From contig DF237162.1 of assembly GCA_000708835.1 (NCBI GenBank), positions 1 to 64,000 of the forward strand: 64,000 nt of DNA. The letters are read 5' to 3'. The position numbers and the translations under genes were made by a program. The stretch comes from Klebsormidium nitens (Eukaryota; Plantae; Klebsormidiophyceae). Under the pieces are notes generated by a model. That model saw only the letters and a list, made by a program, of their open reading frames with translations, had not been told where the DNA came from and ran no database searches. Positions 63,444 through 64,000 of the stretch are shown piece by piece. The number at the start of each line of letters is the position of its first letter. The first letter of the stretch is position 1.

Positions 63444-64000
63444 CACCGAAGCACTTTGGAGAGCCGGCGTTGCTATGTTCAAATGGGTCAGTCATTTCTT
63501 AGTCACTCGCTTCTCGGCGATCATAGGGCGGACATTAGTTAGCCTGGTCGTTGCTGCCGGCACTGTATATGTTGGCCTTTGTGGTCCCTGCCATGCTGAA
63601 ATCGACGAGGTGGAACCAAGAGTTATGGTACTGTAAGGTTTACTGGCATAGCAACTCACGCAGGGTCATAGGCGACCCGGTTGACACATTGACAGTCTCG
63701 TACACTCAGGGCTATTAAGCACGCAGAACGTCGGGTACAGATGGATAAAAGACAACTTATTGTAGCGCATAACCAGCAGCTATTGCCTCTTGTAACTCTA
63801 GAGCATATAAAGATACTGCTAGAGGTGGGCATAGGTGGCGCAGCGCAGCTAAGCTAGTGCAATCAAAGGCAGTGGCATAGAGCCTTGCAGATTGAGTAAC
63901 ATTGTTGGATAACTTTGGCACGCATTGCATGCACCTGATATCTCAGTTTTCTACGGTTTCCTACAATATCTGCCATCCATGCATACTGCGCAGTTCACTT

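Overview
Eukaryotic, intron-rich nuclear DNA. A nuclear psaF with a transit peptide, plant-type RRP42/EAF6 and GC-rich exons point to a green lineage; a streptophyte alga such as Klebsormidium is my inference, not shown. Spliced genes reconstructed by hand: EAF6 (-), CTF18 (+, about 22 exons), psaF (-), an F-box/LRR protein (-), trpD (+), a dehydrin-like protein with a V/E/R/P-rich core (-), a plant GTGVFLP...LPxEWxY-motif protein (+), RRP42 (-) and a poorly resolved membrane protein (+). Also present: a frameshifted atypical kinase, a damaged four-module membrane-protein locus, the 3' end of a non-LTR retrotransposon, and a TA-flanked MITE. The most unusual signal is a recurring pattern of 'splice-junction echoes'. 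At 10 or more junctions in four unrelated genes, the intron holds 1-6 extra degenerate copies (spacing about 83-220 bp) of the splice site plus the adjacent exon end. The extreme case is seven tandem branch-point/AG/exon-start units at 39.6-40.7 kb. All homology calls come from remembered motifs, not database searches, and exon boundaries are hand-placed.
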